From Azolla caroliniana (Eukaryota; Plantae; Polypodiophyta), in assembly GCA_043228905.1 (NCBI GenBank), contig JBHGNT010000014.1, positions 310,001-374,000 on the forward strand: a DNA stretch of 64,000 nucleotides, read 5' to 3'. This document shows positions 24,088 through 38,789 of this stretch, one piece after another. The stretch's first letter is position 1; every line of letters starts with the position of its first letter. The notes under the pieces were generated by a model. It was not told where the DNA came from, did not search any database, and worked only from the letters and a program-made list of their open reading frames with translations. A program made the translations under genes and the position numbers.

Positions 24088-26581
24088 GTTGGCATGGAGT
24101 TTCCCTTTCACTTTTTTCTTGGTGCATCATGTCAAAGTTTTGGGTTAAATTTGAGCTCCCCAACTATTGTAATCTCAATTTTCTTGGACTAGGGATGGTC
24201 CAACTTTAAATTGTTAAGTTTAACGTGACTAACCAACCACATAACTTCTTTTATGAACAAATTAACCTCAATGGTCAAGCGTTTTTCAACAAGGAGACAT
24301 CATTTCTCTATTAAGGTACTTTTGTAGCTATGTGATTCCTTGCCACTTAGTTGGTTTATGGCTTCCTGAGATGGTGACAATGGCTTGTCTAAATGGGATT
24401 GAGTGTTTGCTCACAAGACTTCCCACTCTAGCCAATTGTCTAGTCCAATTATGCTCGTTTTATTTGGATTTGTTTGTGTCGATATTGGGAAATGAGGTTA
24501 GCATGCCCTTGAACTTTGTTAATATCCTCTTAGGGTTAGGATTATACATTTTGTGAAATGGCAACTTATTACCATTCTTTTTATATTGTCCTTTCCCTCC
24601 AATATGTTTTGTGTTCAAGATTGGATTGGACATACAACCCCAAAATTTCCTTTGTTTCCACTTGTGTGGAGTTGTCATTTAAGTCCATTGATCTTTATTA
24701 TTTAAGCATTGGGAAATGCTTTGGGCCCAAGTGACCACATGTATCTTGACCTCTGAAGCTACAATAGACAATAAGTTGATATCAATTGTTTTCCTATTTT
24801 GTAGACGCTATCAATTATTGCAATCCTCGCATGTACCTATAGCGTGAAACATGCTAGAAGGTTTTGTACCCATTTGTTCAAGAAAGTGGTGGGTATGTTA
24901 GTTAGGTAGGTGATGAATTGTTGATAACACCTTTTGTTGGTGTTACTATTGAAATTGTAATATTCTTATTTCTTTGAGAAACTCCTCCACAATTGTGAAA
25001 TAATTGAGGACTTCTTTGGGGGAGGTTGTAGAACCAATTATCTTCTTGGTCATCAAGGGTCAACTAAGATACTACCACTTGGATCACATTAGACATTGTC
25101 AGTAATCTCGAATGACTTGTTTGAACCACTCAATATGGTTATGTGCACCCCCATGCCCAAGGTAGTTGAGTGCTATCTTATGTGATGGGCGTATATTGTT
25201 CACGTTGCTTGGAAATTGTTGGCATTGACCTTGCACCATCATACCTACTAATGATTGCATAGCGTGGCATAAGCCTACAATGCTTGGGTTGGCAATCTAT
25301 AGGCCTTGGGGTGTTCCCTCATGTGGACGATGGGCTTGAGTTGCACTTTGTGGTACAACATCATCTAGTTGGGTTGTAGCATCTTGTTTTACTAGTTCAG
25401 ATATTGTAGTCTTAGAGTTTCTTGTTATTAAAGGGGCATACATGTATCACCCGGTGAGCTTATGCTCCTATGGAACTTATGGTTGGAGTCAAATGTTGGT
25501 TGTCTACCTTCAAAGTCTTAGTTATTTGTCCAAGATTTCTAATCTTGGTAGTCACAAGTCCCTCACTACTAGGCTTTCACCCAATCCAAGTTAGACCTTG
25601 TGACCCACGCCTATGAGAGCATCCCCTTTGCTGTGATTGTTGTCGTCAACACAAGGGTGAAGCATCACCAAAACAATATAGTTCATGGCCATGATTGTAT
25701 GAAGATTTGACATGTGCTCATTACAAACATTGTAACATTGTAAATACTAATGTGCACTCACACTTAGGATAAGAACTAGATAAAACAAGTTTATGAAAAA
25801 ATACATAGAGCCTTGCTTATAATCGTAGGGTCAAATACATGTGTTCCAAGCGGTGCAATTTGCTTACCCATTTGAACTTGCCCAGACATATTTATGTGGG
25901 TCCTATGGAGGATTTTGTTGGGCGTTATTGTTCAATACTGATCCTATAATCAAAATCTACCACTACTACTAAATCTAACACTACCACGAGTTCTCTTAAT
26001 TTGGCACATTGTTTATCTTTCCATTTCTTATCAAATACTAAATATTTTCTCTTAATTTTGTTTAATTCTTATTTTATCTTACTTGCTCATGTTGCTCTTT
26101 CATATTTTGGTTTAGAGCCTCCAAGCTCCCACCCACCCTTGCAATGATCCATGGTGAGAAACAACCAGGACCCCCTTGCACATCTGAGGTTTTTATATCG
26201 GTGTCCAAGTCCCAATACGTGGTATATTAACCTTGGGTGTTTGGGCAGTTGGTTACTAGGATACTCCTTGCTTTTTAGAAACTACTAGAGTAACGTGTTG
26301 TTCATTTACTAACGCAGATCGGTATTCTCAGAACTTACAAGTGCTACAATAAATGTCCAGAATTTTAAGGATAGGTTGAAACTCAACTATTTATGTGGAA
26401 ATTTCAAAATAGAAAAGCGAACGCAACTAATCTTCGATCCTGGCGTCACCGTAACTTTTCAAATTGAGGTTCTAAATAGTAAAGACACCACACTATGATT
26501 TTCTCGAAACTGAAAAATGGGGATCCTTGTCCCGACATCAGCTTGGGTCCCGTATCCAGGTTTCGTTCATAAACTATATGT

Positions 26582-26720
26582 TAGGAATCAGCAACGGTTT
26601 GGTTTCTGCTTGACTGGTTTGGCCCAAAACGGGTTGGTTAAGCTTGAGCCATCCCGAACCGAGCTCAAACCGGTTAAGGAAGCTCAAACCTGAACCGAAC
26701 CGAACCATTGCCGACTCCTA
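26582..26720. mobile_element. 139-bp hAT-type MITE upstream of the host gene
   Basis: TAGGAATCAGCAACGGTT...AACCATTGCCGACTCCTA with perfect 8-bp TSD CTATATGT at 26574-26581 and 26721-26728. Confidence 0.88.
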
Positions 26721-26799
26721 CTATATGTCCGAGGCCGCCCGCCCGCCCACCCGCTTACGGAGATCGCAAACAAATCAATTTGTTCTTAGGATGAGTAGA

Positions 26800-26965
26800 C
26801 CCCAACCCATCATCTCTTGCTTTTCAGGCCTGGCACAAAAACGTGGTACCAAAAATGCAGGCCTCATCAGGTGAAAGCATAAGCTCCATGACCCTTTCCT
26901 CCGCTCCCACTTGACTGCTGCGATCGTTCTGCATATTTTGTCCATACATTCCTCCGATTTGCAAG
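26800..26965 (+). other. Possible non-coding first exon of the Agenet gene
   Basis: Pyrimidine-rich UTR-like tract ending in donor CAAG|GTAAA after a GC-richer promoter-like stretch; start approximate. Confidence 0.4.
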
Positions 26966-27384
26966 GTAAACCCCCATTGAATCCCTCCTTCATTGCGTTT
27001 TCTCCATTTTTCTTCATCCTAGGATTGAAGCATATGTTAAGACTATGTTGGAAGTGCTTGGAAAGGGGAGGAGGGGGAGGAATGAAAAGCGATCATGTTG
27101 TGAGGGTCTTGTTCTTGTACCCTTTGGAGTTGTTTATATTTCCTTTTTGTTGCTAGTTACAAGGGGTGTGTTGACCATAAAATGATTTCTTCCATATGCT
27201 TTCGATACCGTTGAGTGGTTTGTAACTGTAATAGACAAATCGTGCATATTGTTCAACCTTATATTTGTGATTTCAACCCGTTATTCTATCACAGAAAGAC
27301 ATGCATTTGAGTATGCTAGACTAACTATCCCTAATTACCATGTAAAGACGGGGTAGATTCACATGAATATTGGCCTTGGAGGGA

Positions 27385-28140
27385 TGGTTGCAAAAGTGGC
27401 AAAGATACAATTGGTTGCTAAAATCATGGGGGTAGATTAAACTTTTAGTAGCTACAAATATTACTATATGCTGATCTCCGGCACTCCGGAAGAACTACAA
27501 AGACATCTAAATGCCTGAAAAGTATTTTCTACGGGCAAAGGTTTGTCGATAAACATAGATAGAATTAAAGTGATGGTGTTTAACACCATGCAATCGTGTT
27601 TAATAAGATCAGAACCAGAATTCTTCCTGGGAGAGGAAAAGTTGGCATACACACGATCCTAAATGTGGCTTAGAGTAATAATATTCGAAGGGCCTCAGTG
27701 CTCCTTACAGGAGGCTACTTGTGCACAACTTTCTCGTGGATATGCAGCCCTTGGTACTCTTGAAAGACAGTGTGCACATTTGGAGTTCCAAGAGACATGG
27801 ACTAAATTGTGGCTATTTGATACACTTGTCACACTAACTCTTTTCTATGGAGTTGAAACTTGGAGATTGGGTCTTAACAAGGAAAATAATTGGAAAGATT
27901 TAGAGAGACCTTGAGTCTCAATGATTGCCCGCATGATAAGGTGCAACATTGGTACCCCATGATATAATTCCGACAGAGATGGGAGCAGCCCCAATAATCA
28001 TTGAGGCGTTATTCCGATTAGTGACTAGTATCCAATGACTTTTGGAGTGCCCTACGCAAAGGTACTTAAGGTTGGCACATATGTCATAAAAACAATTTGT
28101 TGAACATGTATATATTCATTATTGGTATGTTGAACCGAAC
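27385..28140 (+). mobile_element. Degenerate RTE-group LINE RT fragment
   Basis: GLSINIDRIKVMVF...KLWLFDTLVTLTLFYGVETW aligns by eye with ORF 57452-60304. Confidence 0.75.
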
Positions 28141-28829
28141 AATTGTTCGAGTCACATAGATTGAGCCCATAGATTGAAGATTAAATGGAAGTTCAAAGAA
28201 TGTCAAGGAAGCCAAATGAGAAACAAAACCGAAACATGCAATAATCAAATCATAATATTGTACTAATGGTAGGGATCCTTGGAGATGATAAGGAACCAAC
28301 TTCAATGGAGTAAGCCACGAAGAATCCTAGGTGGAAGAAAAAAATATTGAACATGGGACTACAAAGTCTGTATTGTGAAGACGGGACAAGGTCATTGGAA
28401 CCAAGTGCGTTCGGAAGACTTACAGGAATGTTGGGTTCATGAATAATACTTGTCAACTCCTGACAATGTTATGAGTGGATGAATATATTCCTCTTACAAA
28501 ATATATCTAGGAGGTTCCAACTGATGAAACTATCATGGATGGGAGAAGACTGACGGGATATGTAGATTTACGATTCACAAATGAGAGGATGAGAGAGAGA
28601 TCAGGTGAAAAGATGAATAAGTGAGTGGATGAACAAGTAGGCAGGCAGATGAGGATGAGTAGATTCAATTGGGAGGATTCTGATAAGATGAGTCAAAGGA
28701 GCAAAGATAGAAGAGGCCAGGGGTGTATGAGCAACCCCACAGGCCAAGGTAAGAGATGAGAGGAATGCAGGGGAGACTTCAACAAGTTGGAGAAGTGAGG
28801 CAAAGGTTAAAATAATTATTCGCAAGTCA

Positions 28830-29350
28830 AATAGCAAGAAAATGATTTGTGGTTCTGAGATAAGGTTCTCAGAGTATTGTATAGAATACACATCATGGAT
28901 TTGAAATTTTATGGGGAGGCCAAGTTGGAACTGCCCCTGGGTTAATTTGCTTTGTGATGTAGAAGGGGCCCAACCACTTGTAGTTATCTTGGCACAAAGC
29001 CGGGTCATTGTGATATTATGGTATAGACGCTACACATTATTGCCGACCTTGAAATTCAATGGAGCTGGTTCTTCAGCAGCCGGCCTGGTCCTTGTTCTGT
29101 TTCTGGGCATGGATGAACTCCAGGACCAGGTCTTGATGGATGTCGAGTATCTGTGCTTGTTCTTCTGCAGATGCATTTACTGAGCTGCTGAACATTGAAT
29201 TATAGATGAAATCCAAAGTTTGTGTGAAGAACAGGGTTGTGCAAGACAAGAATTGTATAGTTTTTATTGTAGGTGAACTTGGCAAGAGTTAACATCTGAA
29301 CCCAACCATCTTGGTGGTAACTCACACGACATCAGAGTTATTGTTCAAGG
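28830..29350 (-). mobile_element. Degenerate Gypsy integrase C-terminal remnant
   Basis: Broken motifs LAKFTYN..NFGFHL, FKVGNNV, LGLPIKFQIHDVY resembling chromovirus-type integrase C-terminus. Confidence 0.5.
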
Positions 29351-29959
29351 GTCTGATTTATCCACTCTGTTTGACCATTAGTCCAAGGATGAAATACTGA
29401 TGCTGAAATAGATGTTTCTTGAAACATGAGATGTATATATTTCTAGGCAAGTAAACAAGACTGCGGCTCTTTGGTAGGGATGATGTAATATATATGTAGG
29501 CAAGGAGCAGGAACCCAACTTTCTATTAAGTATATAAAAACTTTTTTGATCTATATAAGCATATTTATGTGATAAAAGCTGGAATGAAACTTCAATACAT
29601 GATATCGTATACCAATTTTGATGATTCACGTGAGATTGACCAGATATAAAATTTCCATCCTTCATATGACATACAAAGGTTGATTCTCGATAAATAGTAT
29701 GGTAACAATCAACATACCAAACACAAATGCCACATTTGTAGGACCTGGAAGACTACTTCTATGATGTCAAAATAACTATAATGTAGCTGAAAATAGTATA
29801 GATTTTGTTTTTTTTGTTTCAATCTTTTAGGATAGAGAGACAAATTGTAAGAGCTACTATGGTATGGAGTTGTTGAATGACAAAAGGTACAGTTATTTCA
29901 AGTTACTGTGGCATTGAGTTACATTCAAAAAGTTATGGTGGTGTATATGAATTCAGACC

Positions 29960-30377
29960 GTCTATAGGCATGCATTTCACATGTCTGTAGATTGTTAGTG
30001 CTAGGATATGAGGCACATGGGCCACACCATCACCAGACCATGGAGATCATTGCTCACCACGTCCGAGTGAGACGATACCCAGATGTGCTTGTTGAACTTC
30101 ATCATACTCTCATTCCACCATATCAACCAACATTGGTACAATATTCAATCGCCACTATTCATCCCATACATATTTTTATGCACTTCATGCTCGTAAACCA
30201 TCTCCAAACTTATTCCACCACATGCATTAAGATCATGATCATGTTCACGGAGCGTTAGGAAACCTAGAGCTTTTATTTACTTTTATATATGGACAACATG
30301 AATTTGTGCATATTTATAATGTAATTTGTCTCATAAGGCCAAATTTGGCATCTAGTAACATTAATATATCTTTCTTT
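29960..30377 (+). mobile_element. 3' end of a degenerate RTE-group LINE
   Basis: Ends GTCTCATAAGGCCAAATTTGGCA...TTAATATATCTTTCTTT, homologous to the 3' ends of the LINEs at 57374 and 60542. Confidence 0.55.
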
Positions 30378-31598
30378 TTTATTGTCTATTCATATATACA
30401 TACAGAGGTGTATACACACAACCTTCTAATGAAGTAGATTAACTCTGCATAAAACAGTCTACAATCTCTCATTTCTTTGTTCTAGATTCTCCACGAATTT
30501 GTACACCCTTATTATACTCTGAAACAAACTCATTATTTTTAAAGATTGACAACTTTCCTGAATCATTTGTCAACTATCTTCTTGTTTTCGACCTAACAGA
30601 AACTAGGCAAAATTATAAATATATGCTCTTTAATTTTCAGATATTAAAAATATATGCTTAATCTTTCTGAAGAATTATATTATGTTTGATGAAATTTGAT
30701 GCCTAAATCTTATGAACAAGGGATTAGAGATTTCTCTATTCTCTCCACCTTTCCCAAATTAGTGGAACAAGTCATCGCTAATCAGAAGTATAACCTCTCC
30801 TGTATTATTCTGTTATTCTATCAGAAATTAGTAGGGCCCATAGTATATATTCCTCTCATCTGTGTTGGTTTCATTTCTGTATTTTGTCAGAAATGAACCT
30901 CTGATTTCAATAACAACTGGTGTGCTTCTTAACTTGTTGATTACCACTAGTTGGAAGAGATATATTGGAATTCCTACAGTTTTTTGATTGCACATGAATA
31001 ATGTTAACCTAACTAGTGTTTGGAAGGGGGGTATGTATTGTTTTACCCAGATTTTCTTTTTCTACATGAATAAAATTCATCTATATGTGATATATCAATT
31101 GCAGTGAGAACATTTCATACTTTTTATAGATATTGATTTTAGTGTCAGATATAAATCATATGTTGTAAAACGTTTATATATGTTCTCTGGCTTTAACATA
31201 GTGCAGGTTAGATTCTGTAAAGGTGAAGTGGAACAACAAGAACGTTGATTATAAGCTTGGAACCATGAAGTCAACCAAAGAAGAAAATGAGCCAACAACA
31301 GAAGAGTTCAAGCACCATGCATCTTCTCCTGGAGATATGTGAGCACTTTACTAGGTCAATTTGAAAGCGTCTGTATGATACCGAGGGAAATCCCTATTTC
31401 ATTCTCTAGTCTCTTTTTGATGGAATGTAACTGTTTGACAAAGCATATGATTTTGAGAAAGATCGAGCTTGTTTTATTCTTTTTCTAAGAAACTTTGAGG
31501 GCGCATAATGTATAATAACAATAACGTCTTTACTTGCATGTGAACTGTGAAAAACAATTTTTTACATTTGCAGTAGTACCTTATGGTCTCCAAGTGTA

Positions 31599-33692
31599 AT
31601 GGAGCTCATGGAGAGTTTTCCTTTCAAGGAGGGACAAATAATAGAATCAAAGTCGAAGGTCAAAGGTTATCGTGGAGCATGGTTTCGCTCTGAGGTATAA
31701 ATTTCAAAATTCGCAATATATCTGTATTCCCAAAGTAAATTAATTATTTGCTGTATGTTGAATTAGATTTAATGTAGACTGTAAGGCAAATGCATCATTG
31801 CAGCAACATACATCTGATGAGAATTCCAGGTGTCTAGTAGATAATGATTTTTTGCGAGTGTAAGATGTTGAGTAGGTGTATGCATCTGTTGGATTTTTTT
31901 TCTAGGAAACAGAAGGGCATATACAGATTGTTAAAATACTAGATATGATGTAATATTATGTGCTTTTGGAAAACTATTGCAATTAGTGCTCAACTCAAAA
32001 TCTAGTCTGATGTCTTTTGACAGATACGGTATATTAAAATTCGAAATAATGAAATCTGGTGTGCAGTGCAATATATCGACTTCCCTGATGAAAGTGAGAA
32101 GATATGCTTGTAAATATACATTATAATCAAGAAATCACAATTTTTTTCTTTTTTTTCCCCAAAAAAGGGAAATCACATTTTTTGAAACTATATTCATTGT
32201 ACATGGTCAAATTATACAGAAATAAACTACACAAAAGCATATCAACAACCTAACTCAAGGAGAAGAAAGCGTGTCTTGATGTTTAGACCAGCTTATCCAC
32301 TGCTGTGCATGGGATTAACTAATGATGCGATCAGTGCTGCACCTGGACCTGTCATAGTGGTTAATGGTGATTGGTTAGTTGGTGATCTTGTTGATTGGTT
32401 TTCGGATGGATGTTTCTGGGCAGCCAAAATTACAGCTGTCAAAAGTAAAGACTTTGTGCAGGTAAATATTTCTCCTCAATGTTATGCCATTACATTGTAA
32501 GTGAGCCAATTATTAAAAAGGTACCAGTGGGTTTCTCCTTCTGCATTGTGGTTTATGAGGCAATCCTATTGTTTTCGACCTGTGGGTTATCAAATTGACG
32601 TAAATGCAATGTTATCACATTACTTTTAGCACGTTATTTTGGATTGCTTATGTTTTCTCTCTCTTTCTCTCTCTGTATATATACACATATATAGGTTGAA
32701 TTACCTAGTGCTCCATTGGGTGAAGGTGGCAGCTATGAGGCTGCTGTGAAAGATATACGTCCCTCCCTCGATTGGTCGGAGGACCATCTCTGGACACTTC
32801 CAAGTTTGATGGTGAAACTATTTTCTATAAAACAATGGTTTTTGAACTCTCTCGTGTGGAGATCATTCATTTAGCTAACCGTCCTATAACATTTCTGTAG
32901 TCACGTGGAGGCAGCAAAAGAAAATTTCTTGAAAGTGAGCAAACCTCCAACAATTCTGCTCAGGAGCCCCAGGCACAGGATAAGGAACATTTCCTTATTC
33001 TGAAGCAGGAACATGCAATGTTTCCTATTAAGGATGGGACTCATGTTTTATTAACAAGTCACAATAGAGTAGAGAAAGAGAGAAAACCTCGGGTTTCTGG
33101 TCTTGTGGCTTCCTCACATGGCAAAAGTAAGGTTTCCGACACAAGGAAGTTGAAACGTTGCAATAAAACAAACCATTATCATAATATACCAGGTACAGGA
33201 AATTGCACAAGTAGCAATATAATGCTGAATTTGCAAGAGAACTCATATCACATGGGTAATTCCACAGATCTTGCATCACAAGTAGAAAGACGAGGGATAA
33301 ATCTTCATGAACAAGATGGTCATCTAAAGGAAAATATGCACATTTTACAGACTGGTGACTTAAGAGATCTATCTCAGCCATTATTGAACATCAGTTCTAA
33401 TGATGTAGGTATCTCAAAGGTCAGCAAAGTTGAACCTTTAGATATTCCAGATGAAACTCTTGGGGGACTCCCCTTCGAAGATATCTGTACTCTGGTTGGC
33501 GAGGGAAAGTTTCTGGACTTGGATGATCAGAGGATAAGTTCATCCATCATGGCTCTAGAAGAACTTATGAGCAAAGTAATTTGGATGAGAGACGTCTTAC
33601 AGTTAGGCTTAAAAGGATGGCGTACTGAAAGAAAGAAAAGGAAATGGGTTGTCTGTGAAAATGATGTAAATCATGCGAAAAACTCAGATTGA
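31599..33692 (+). CDS. Plant Agenet/Tudor-like domain protein, 438 aa; exons 31599-31694, 32024-32093, 32220-32461, 32695-32811, 32901-33692
   Basis: All introns are GT-AG with consistent phases. Motifs FPFKEGQIIESKS..GYRGAWFRSE, YIDFPDEK, WLVGDLVDWFSDGCFW, GEGGSYE...DIRPSLDWS and C-terminal LEELMSKVIWMRDVL recall the Arabidopsis At5g52070-type family (from memory, not searched). Confidence 0.88.
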
Positions 33693-35185
33693 CCCATAAA
33701 GCTAATAGAGGCAAGAAATACATTCCCTTATACAGAAATTCTTCCATGGGAATCCCCAGGGCAACAGCAAACAAGTTCCATTATGTGCACCTTCTCAAAG
33801 GAGATTTCTTCTATATTCCCAGTGAAAAAGGAAGATTTAGTCACCAGTAATCCTTGGATGCATTCTGAACTCCAGTATGATAATTACGTAACCTACTGAT
33901 GTCTATTCAGAAGGTTATCCCTCCCAGCTGACTGAAAAAAATAAAAACTTAACACATGGCTACATCAGCTGGCAGAAAGCAGTCTGTAAGATTTGATGCA
34001 GTTTAGACTTTAGAAATCAAGCAACAATTGTGTAAGAACTACATGGTTTGCTTGTGTGTGCATGAGCCTGTGGATATTTAATAGGTGGGTAAGAGGTTTT
34101 TCTTGTTCAAATGCTCCAAGCTGGAATTCAAGCCTCAATCATTAGCAGGAATCATGTGCGTTCAGTCTAATGTGATGAAAAGAAATTCCATAGATATGCT
34201 AAAGTTGATGCCAGTTCTTAGTTCTCTTTTGTCTTCTAACACTGTTCATTACCCTCTTTGATGTATCTAATTTAGTTGTTAATATTATTATTTCAGTTTC
34301 AATTTATTAAATGTTGAGGTAAAGAGTGCCTGGAGTCAAACTAATGTACAACATTCAATGCATTGTTTGTGAGTTCTCTTTGTAACTTTGCATTTGTTAT
34401 CTAACAAGTGACCTAGTGTTTGCATGAATTGGAAGGACCACAACTTTGAGAAAACATGTAATGGTCATGAAACATTGTCCATTCTTGTCAAGGCAGGCAA
34501 GCAAGTCAATGGGTATATAGAAATCAAATGAGGAAATTTGGATGTTCTTTGTGCAACAAAAGCCAATTTTACCATGAGGATCGAAATGAGGAATTTGCCA
34601 TTGAGAACCTAGTGTTTGAGCACAAGCATGAGTTTCAAGAAGTGAAATATGTTGAATATTAATTATATGAGTCAAGTTCAATGCCAAGAATCTTATATGA
34701 AACAAGAAATATTTGCATTAAGCGAGATAGTAAAGCTAGAGAAGGTGCTTGTCAAGGTTACATCCTCGCCAATGAAGGGAAGTATGGCTACAAGCAGTCA
34801 ATAAAGTGAAGGGATGGAGCTAAAAATGCTCCCATCCAATACAAAAGCTACAAAGGAAGGGAATATGATACATAGTTCATTATTTTTGAACTCCTAGTTG
34901 TCAAGCATGAAATCTTGTAGTGAGCTACATGGCTAAAATGATCTAGAAACCTTGTTACGTGTGTAGTATTTGTGAAACTATTTTTTTCTCAAGAAATATG
35001 GGAGCATGAAGCAGGTCTTCTCCCATACAAAAGGGGTTATGCATCATCAAACTTCATGTGCATGGCAATTGTGAAGCACAAGATTTCATCAATATTTGTT
35101 GAATGAACACTTGAAAAAAAACATATGGGCAAAGATTGTGCAATAGAGGTATAATTAAGTACACAATAGGCTTCAATAGTCATAT

Positions 35186-35671
35186 TAATAGTTGGCAATT
35201 GTTCTGTTTGAATTGCGAAATTGCGGCTCAACGGTTTAAATGGTTCAATTCGGTTTGATTTGGGTGGTGAACGGTTCGGTTCGGTTTAGTTTCAATGGTT
35301 AGAAATTGCGGTTTAAGTGGTTAAATGGTTTTTTAATTGGAAAAAAAAACGAATTTATTTAAAAAAATTTAAAACAATCTTTTGATTTTTAGGCCTAATT
35401 CTTACATTTTAGGAAAATCTTTAAATTTTTGAAAATTTAAAGTAATGAAAAAAATTTAAAATGTAAGTCTAAATTTGAATTTTGACCTAAGTTGAAAATC
35501 GAAATTGGACCACAAAACCACGGTTTTAACGGTTTAATGGTTTAACATTTTGGATTTTTTAAAAAACGGTTAGGTTTAAACGGTTTTGTAGTTTGGTTTG
35601 GTTCAAGTTTCAAAAATTTTAAATGGTTTAGTTGTGACACTTAAATCGAACTGAACCGTTGTCGATTATTA
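35186..35671. mobile_element. hAT-type MITE, same family as 22846-23298
   Basis: Colinear internal sequence and right TIR AACCGTTGTCGATTATTA; TSD not recognisable. Confidence 0.75.
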
Positions 35672-36056
35672 GAAATCATTATATCATGTTTTTGGGTTGG
35701 ACAATGCCAACCCATTTAAGATCCATGTCTATGTATTGGAAATGCTCGAATGAATTGTTGAAGTGTTTGCTTTAGAGATGTGAATGCAATGATTGGATGT
35801 CTTTAGAATTTAAAAATTTCTCACTAGATCTATATGACACACATGATTTCTTAGAAATAGATTTTACATGTTAAGTCATCTCTTGTGATTGTAGTACAAG
35901 TGCACAAAGATGAACCATTATAGGGAGGGTGAAATTTATGCGTGATGTGGAATCAAAACATAGAAGACCCTATTCTTAGTAAGATTGGTAAGAGTGGTTG
36001 TTTATCACTCCTAAACTATGTGCAATTGTGTATATTATCTAAGCAAATCTCTTATG

Positions 36057-36711
36057 TAGCAATGGGCGTGGCTCGGTTTTAGTTCAGTTTGGTTTGAATA
36101 TGTGATGTTAAGGCCAAAATAAGTTCAATTTAGGTTTTCAGGGTTTTAGATGCCCTGTTCTTGGTGAAGAATCTGCGTAACCCTTTTGCACCATTTTCAC
36201 GTTTCTTTGTTGCAGAGATGGAAGGAGAACATGGAGGAAATGCTTCTTGGTTCTAATTGAATCGTTTATGAACTATTAAGCCATTTAAACCAAATCATTT
36301 AAGAAAAGGTAAACCAAACCATTTAAACCCAAACCGTTTAGGGAAAGTTGATACCAAACCGAACCATTAAATACAAAATTTAATTCTAACCATGTAATTC
36401 AAACTAATTAAAAATCTAAATAAACAAAAATACATTAAATTAAATAAGCATTTAAGTTAAATCTATTAAATCAATAAAAAACTATTAAATTAATAAACTA
36501 TTAAGGTGAAAAAAAAAGTTAACCAAAAACCTAGAAACCTTTAAATCAAACTATTTAAACTTATAAACCCATAAACTCGAGTTTTAGAACCAAACCAAAC
36601 CAATTTATTAAAAAACCAAACCGAACCATTAAATGTTTTTGGAGCTAATAAACCTTTAAACCATAACTTAATGGTTTGGTTCGGTTTGAGCTGAAATCGT
36701 GCCCATTGCCA
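36057..36711. mobile_element. hAT-type MITE, related family
   Basis: TAGCAATGGGCGTGG...CGTGCCCATTGCCA TIRs and AACCA/AACCG-rich body. Confidence 0.65.
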
Positions 36712-36849
36712 TTCTTCTCCACAAAGCTAACTTTTTGTTCCCAAAAAAATACTCATTCCATTAGTTATAAAAATTTACAGATGAGAGTGTTATGTACAAA
36801 TCTCTGTAGGGAAGCAATAGTTCCATCTTATGTGGATGCCCACTAACTC

Positions 36850-37870
36850 AAGAAAGGGAGAGGACAACCATTGTTGGATGAGGCTAATCGTTGTCTTTCA
36901 ACTCCATCGGATCCGCCTGTGAGGCCATCATATTGGCTCTTTCGAATGGCTACAACTTCACTCCATAACTCCTGCATTAACATTATTTGATGGATAGTTT
37001 GGTTGGAGAAGACCCGTCTACATCGCTATTTCCATAGAATCTAAAGAGTTCTTGGGCTAACCAATTCCAACACAACTTGAGGTTTGACATTAATAGGAGT
37101 TGAGTGTATATTGTCAATGGTGGAAAAAAAAACTTATTATGCTTTTATCACCAAAGTCACCACGATAACCAACATTCATTTCCCCACTTGATTGTGCCTT
37201 GCACTTGACATAATTGCAATAGACGACCAACCCCCCTGCCATATTCAATGGGTCTTTGGGCAGTCTCATAGAGCATGTCGAATTGATTTTGTTGCATTTG
37301 GGCACACTACACAATTAAGAGAGCTAAGGTTCTCACATTACCACGCTCCAATCGATAGTTAATAGCCATTGGAACATGGTAATTCGCCTAGCGTGTTGTT
37401 GTTTCCATATTTTATGCTAAAACTTGGTGATAATTGTATGAAGAACACGATATGTGTGCCATATCTTTGCAACAATAGGCTCTCGGGCAGTTTGAGCGAC
37501 TAGAATGTGGCGACCCAATCTAGTCATGAATTGGAAGAAAGGGATGGCTTTGCTTCCTTGACCTGCATAAGGATTGCACCACGTCCATTACAAAGGGTCC
37601 CAACTAACCTTACGTAGCCATGTGTTTTCATGAGTACATATGTGCCATTCTGGTTGTAATTTGATTGGATTGAGATCTGCAATCCATTTATGACTAGTAT
37701 ATGTGAGTACTCGAATTGCCATATTCAATGTTGGTGTCCCATTATCTTGCACTTTATGGCCTTCGATCTTGTCCGATGTTTCCCTACCTCTTGGGATCAA
37801 AGAGCCCTCCTCCTCGTAGCTTATCCACTTCTCCATTGTCGTCCTTTGATTAGCAGATTCCACAAAAGCT
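36850..37870 (-). mobile_element. L1-type LINE ORF2 C-terminal (zf-RVT-like) remnant
   Basis: Broken reading WDPL*WTW...IPFFQF...CVVCPNATKSIRHAL*DCPK..IWQGV. Confidence 0.55.
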
Positions 37871-38789
37871 AACTTAATTAAGAAGAATATACACTTGATA
37901 AAAACTCAAGTCATGCTCTTCACACATTAAAGATTAAGGAAATCTAAATGAAGATTAAACCTACTCTTTTATTAATTAAAGTTAGTGCTAATACTAGATT
38001 AGTGCAAGGATTAGAGCGAAGAACCTAAGCGTTTTAGCTTTGATAGTTTTCGAATAGGGAGGATAGAAGTTGTCGGCTCTCAACTACTAGTGCTACCATC
38101 CCTCTTAATATATATGTACAAATCCTAATACTGCTAGCAAGGTGTAGGGAGGAAACATACATGACGTACTTAACTTCATGGTTTTGTCATTGTTAGTCTT
38201 GTTTTATGTAGTCACAATATAAAATCTTTAGGTAATGAGGAATTGGATCACACTTGGGTTGATTAACTCCAACGAGTGACATCAAAGTGACTCTACATCA
38301 AGCTAAGAAGGAACAATATCGAAAGACTTGCCAATACTTGCAAGTTGGAGATTGAAGAAAAAACACATAAGAGAAGAAGAGATACATGAGATCAATGGAC
38401 GATTTAAAAAAAGAGAAGAAATTTGATGTGATGTGGACTAAAATTCTTTAAGGCAATTGCCAAGTTGTTAATATCATCACATAGTTGAATGACTTACCTC
38501 ATGTTTTACCTTGGAAGTTGAGTTGATTGAATCTAAAAAAAGAGAAACTTTGCCTCACAAATAGTCTCAAGATGCCATAATGAAAGGATAGCTAGTCCCA
38601 TTTGTAAGCCCAACTCCATGTACTTCAATGTTAGTCATTATCCCATGTGTCATAGGTCATTATCGGTTTTATCCCAAGTCTTAGGAAAAATCATTTCAGC
38701 ATTATCCTACCCTGTAACAATTAAAATCAACACTTGTGATTGGTGTTTAAGTTTATCCTATAACATTATTGTCACACCACATGGTTTAT

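Noticed and set aside
24200-26100. Decayed Gypsy gag remnant on the minus strand
   Set aside because: Only a weak HVVTWAQ similarity to the NVITRAQ linker of A; insufficient support
34400-36050. Additional gene or transposase downstream of the Agenet gene
   Set aside because: No consistent ORF or motifs apart from the MITE
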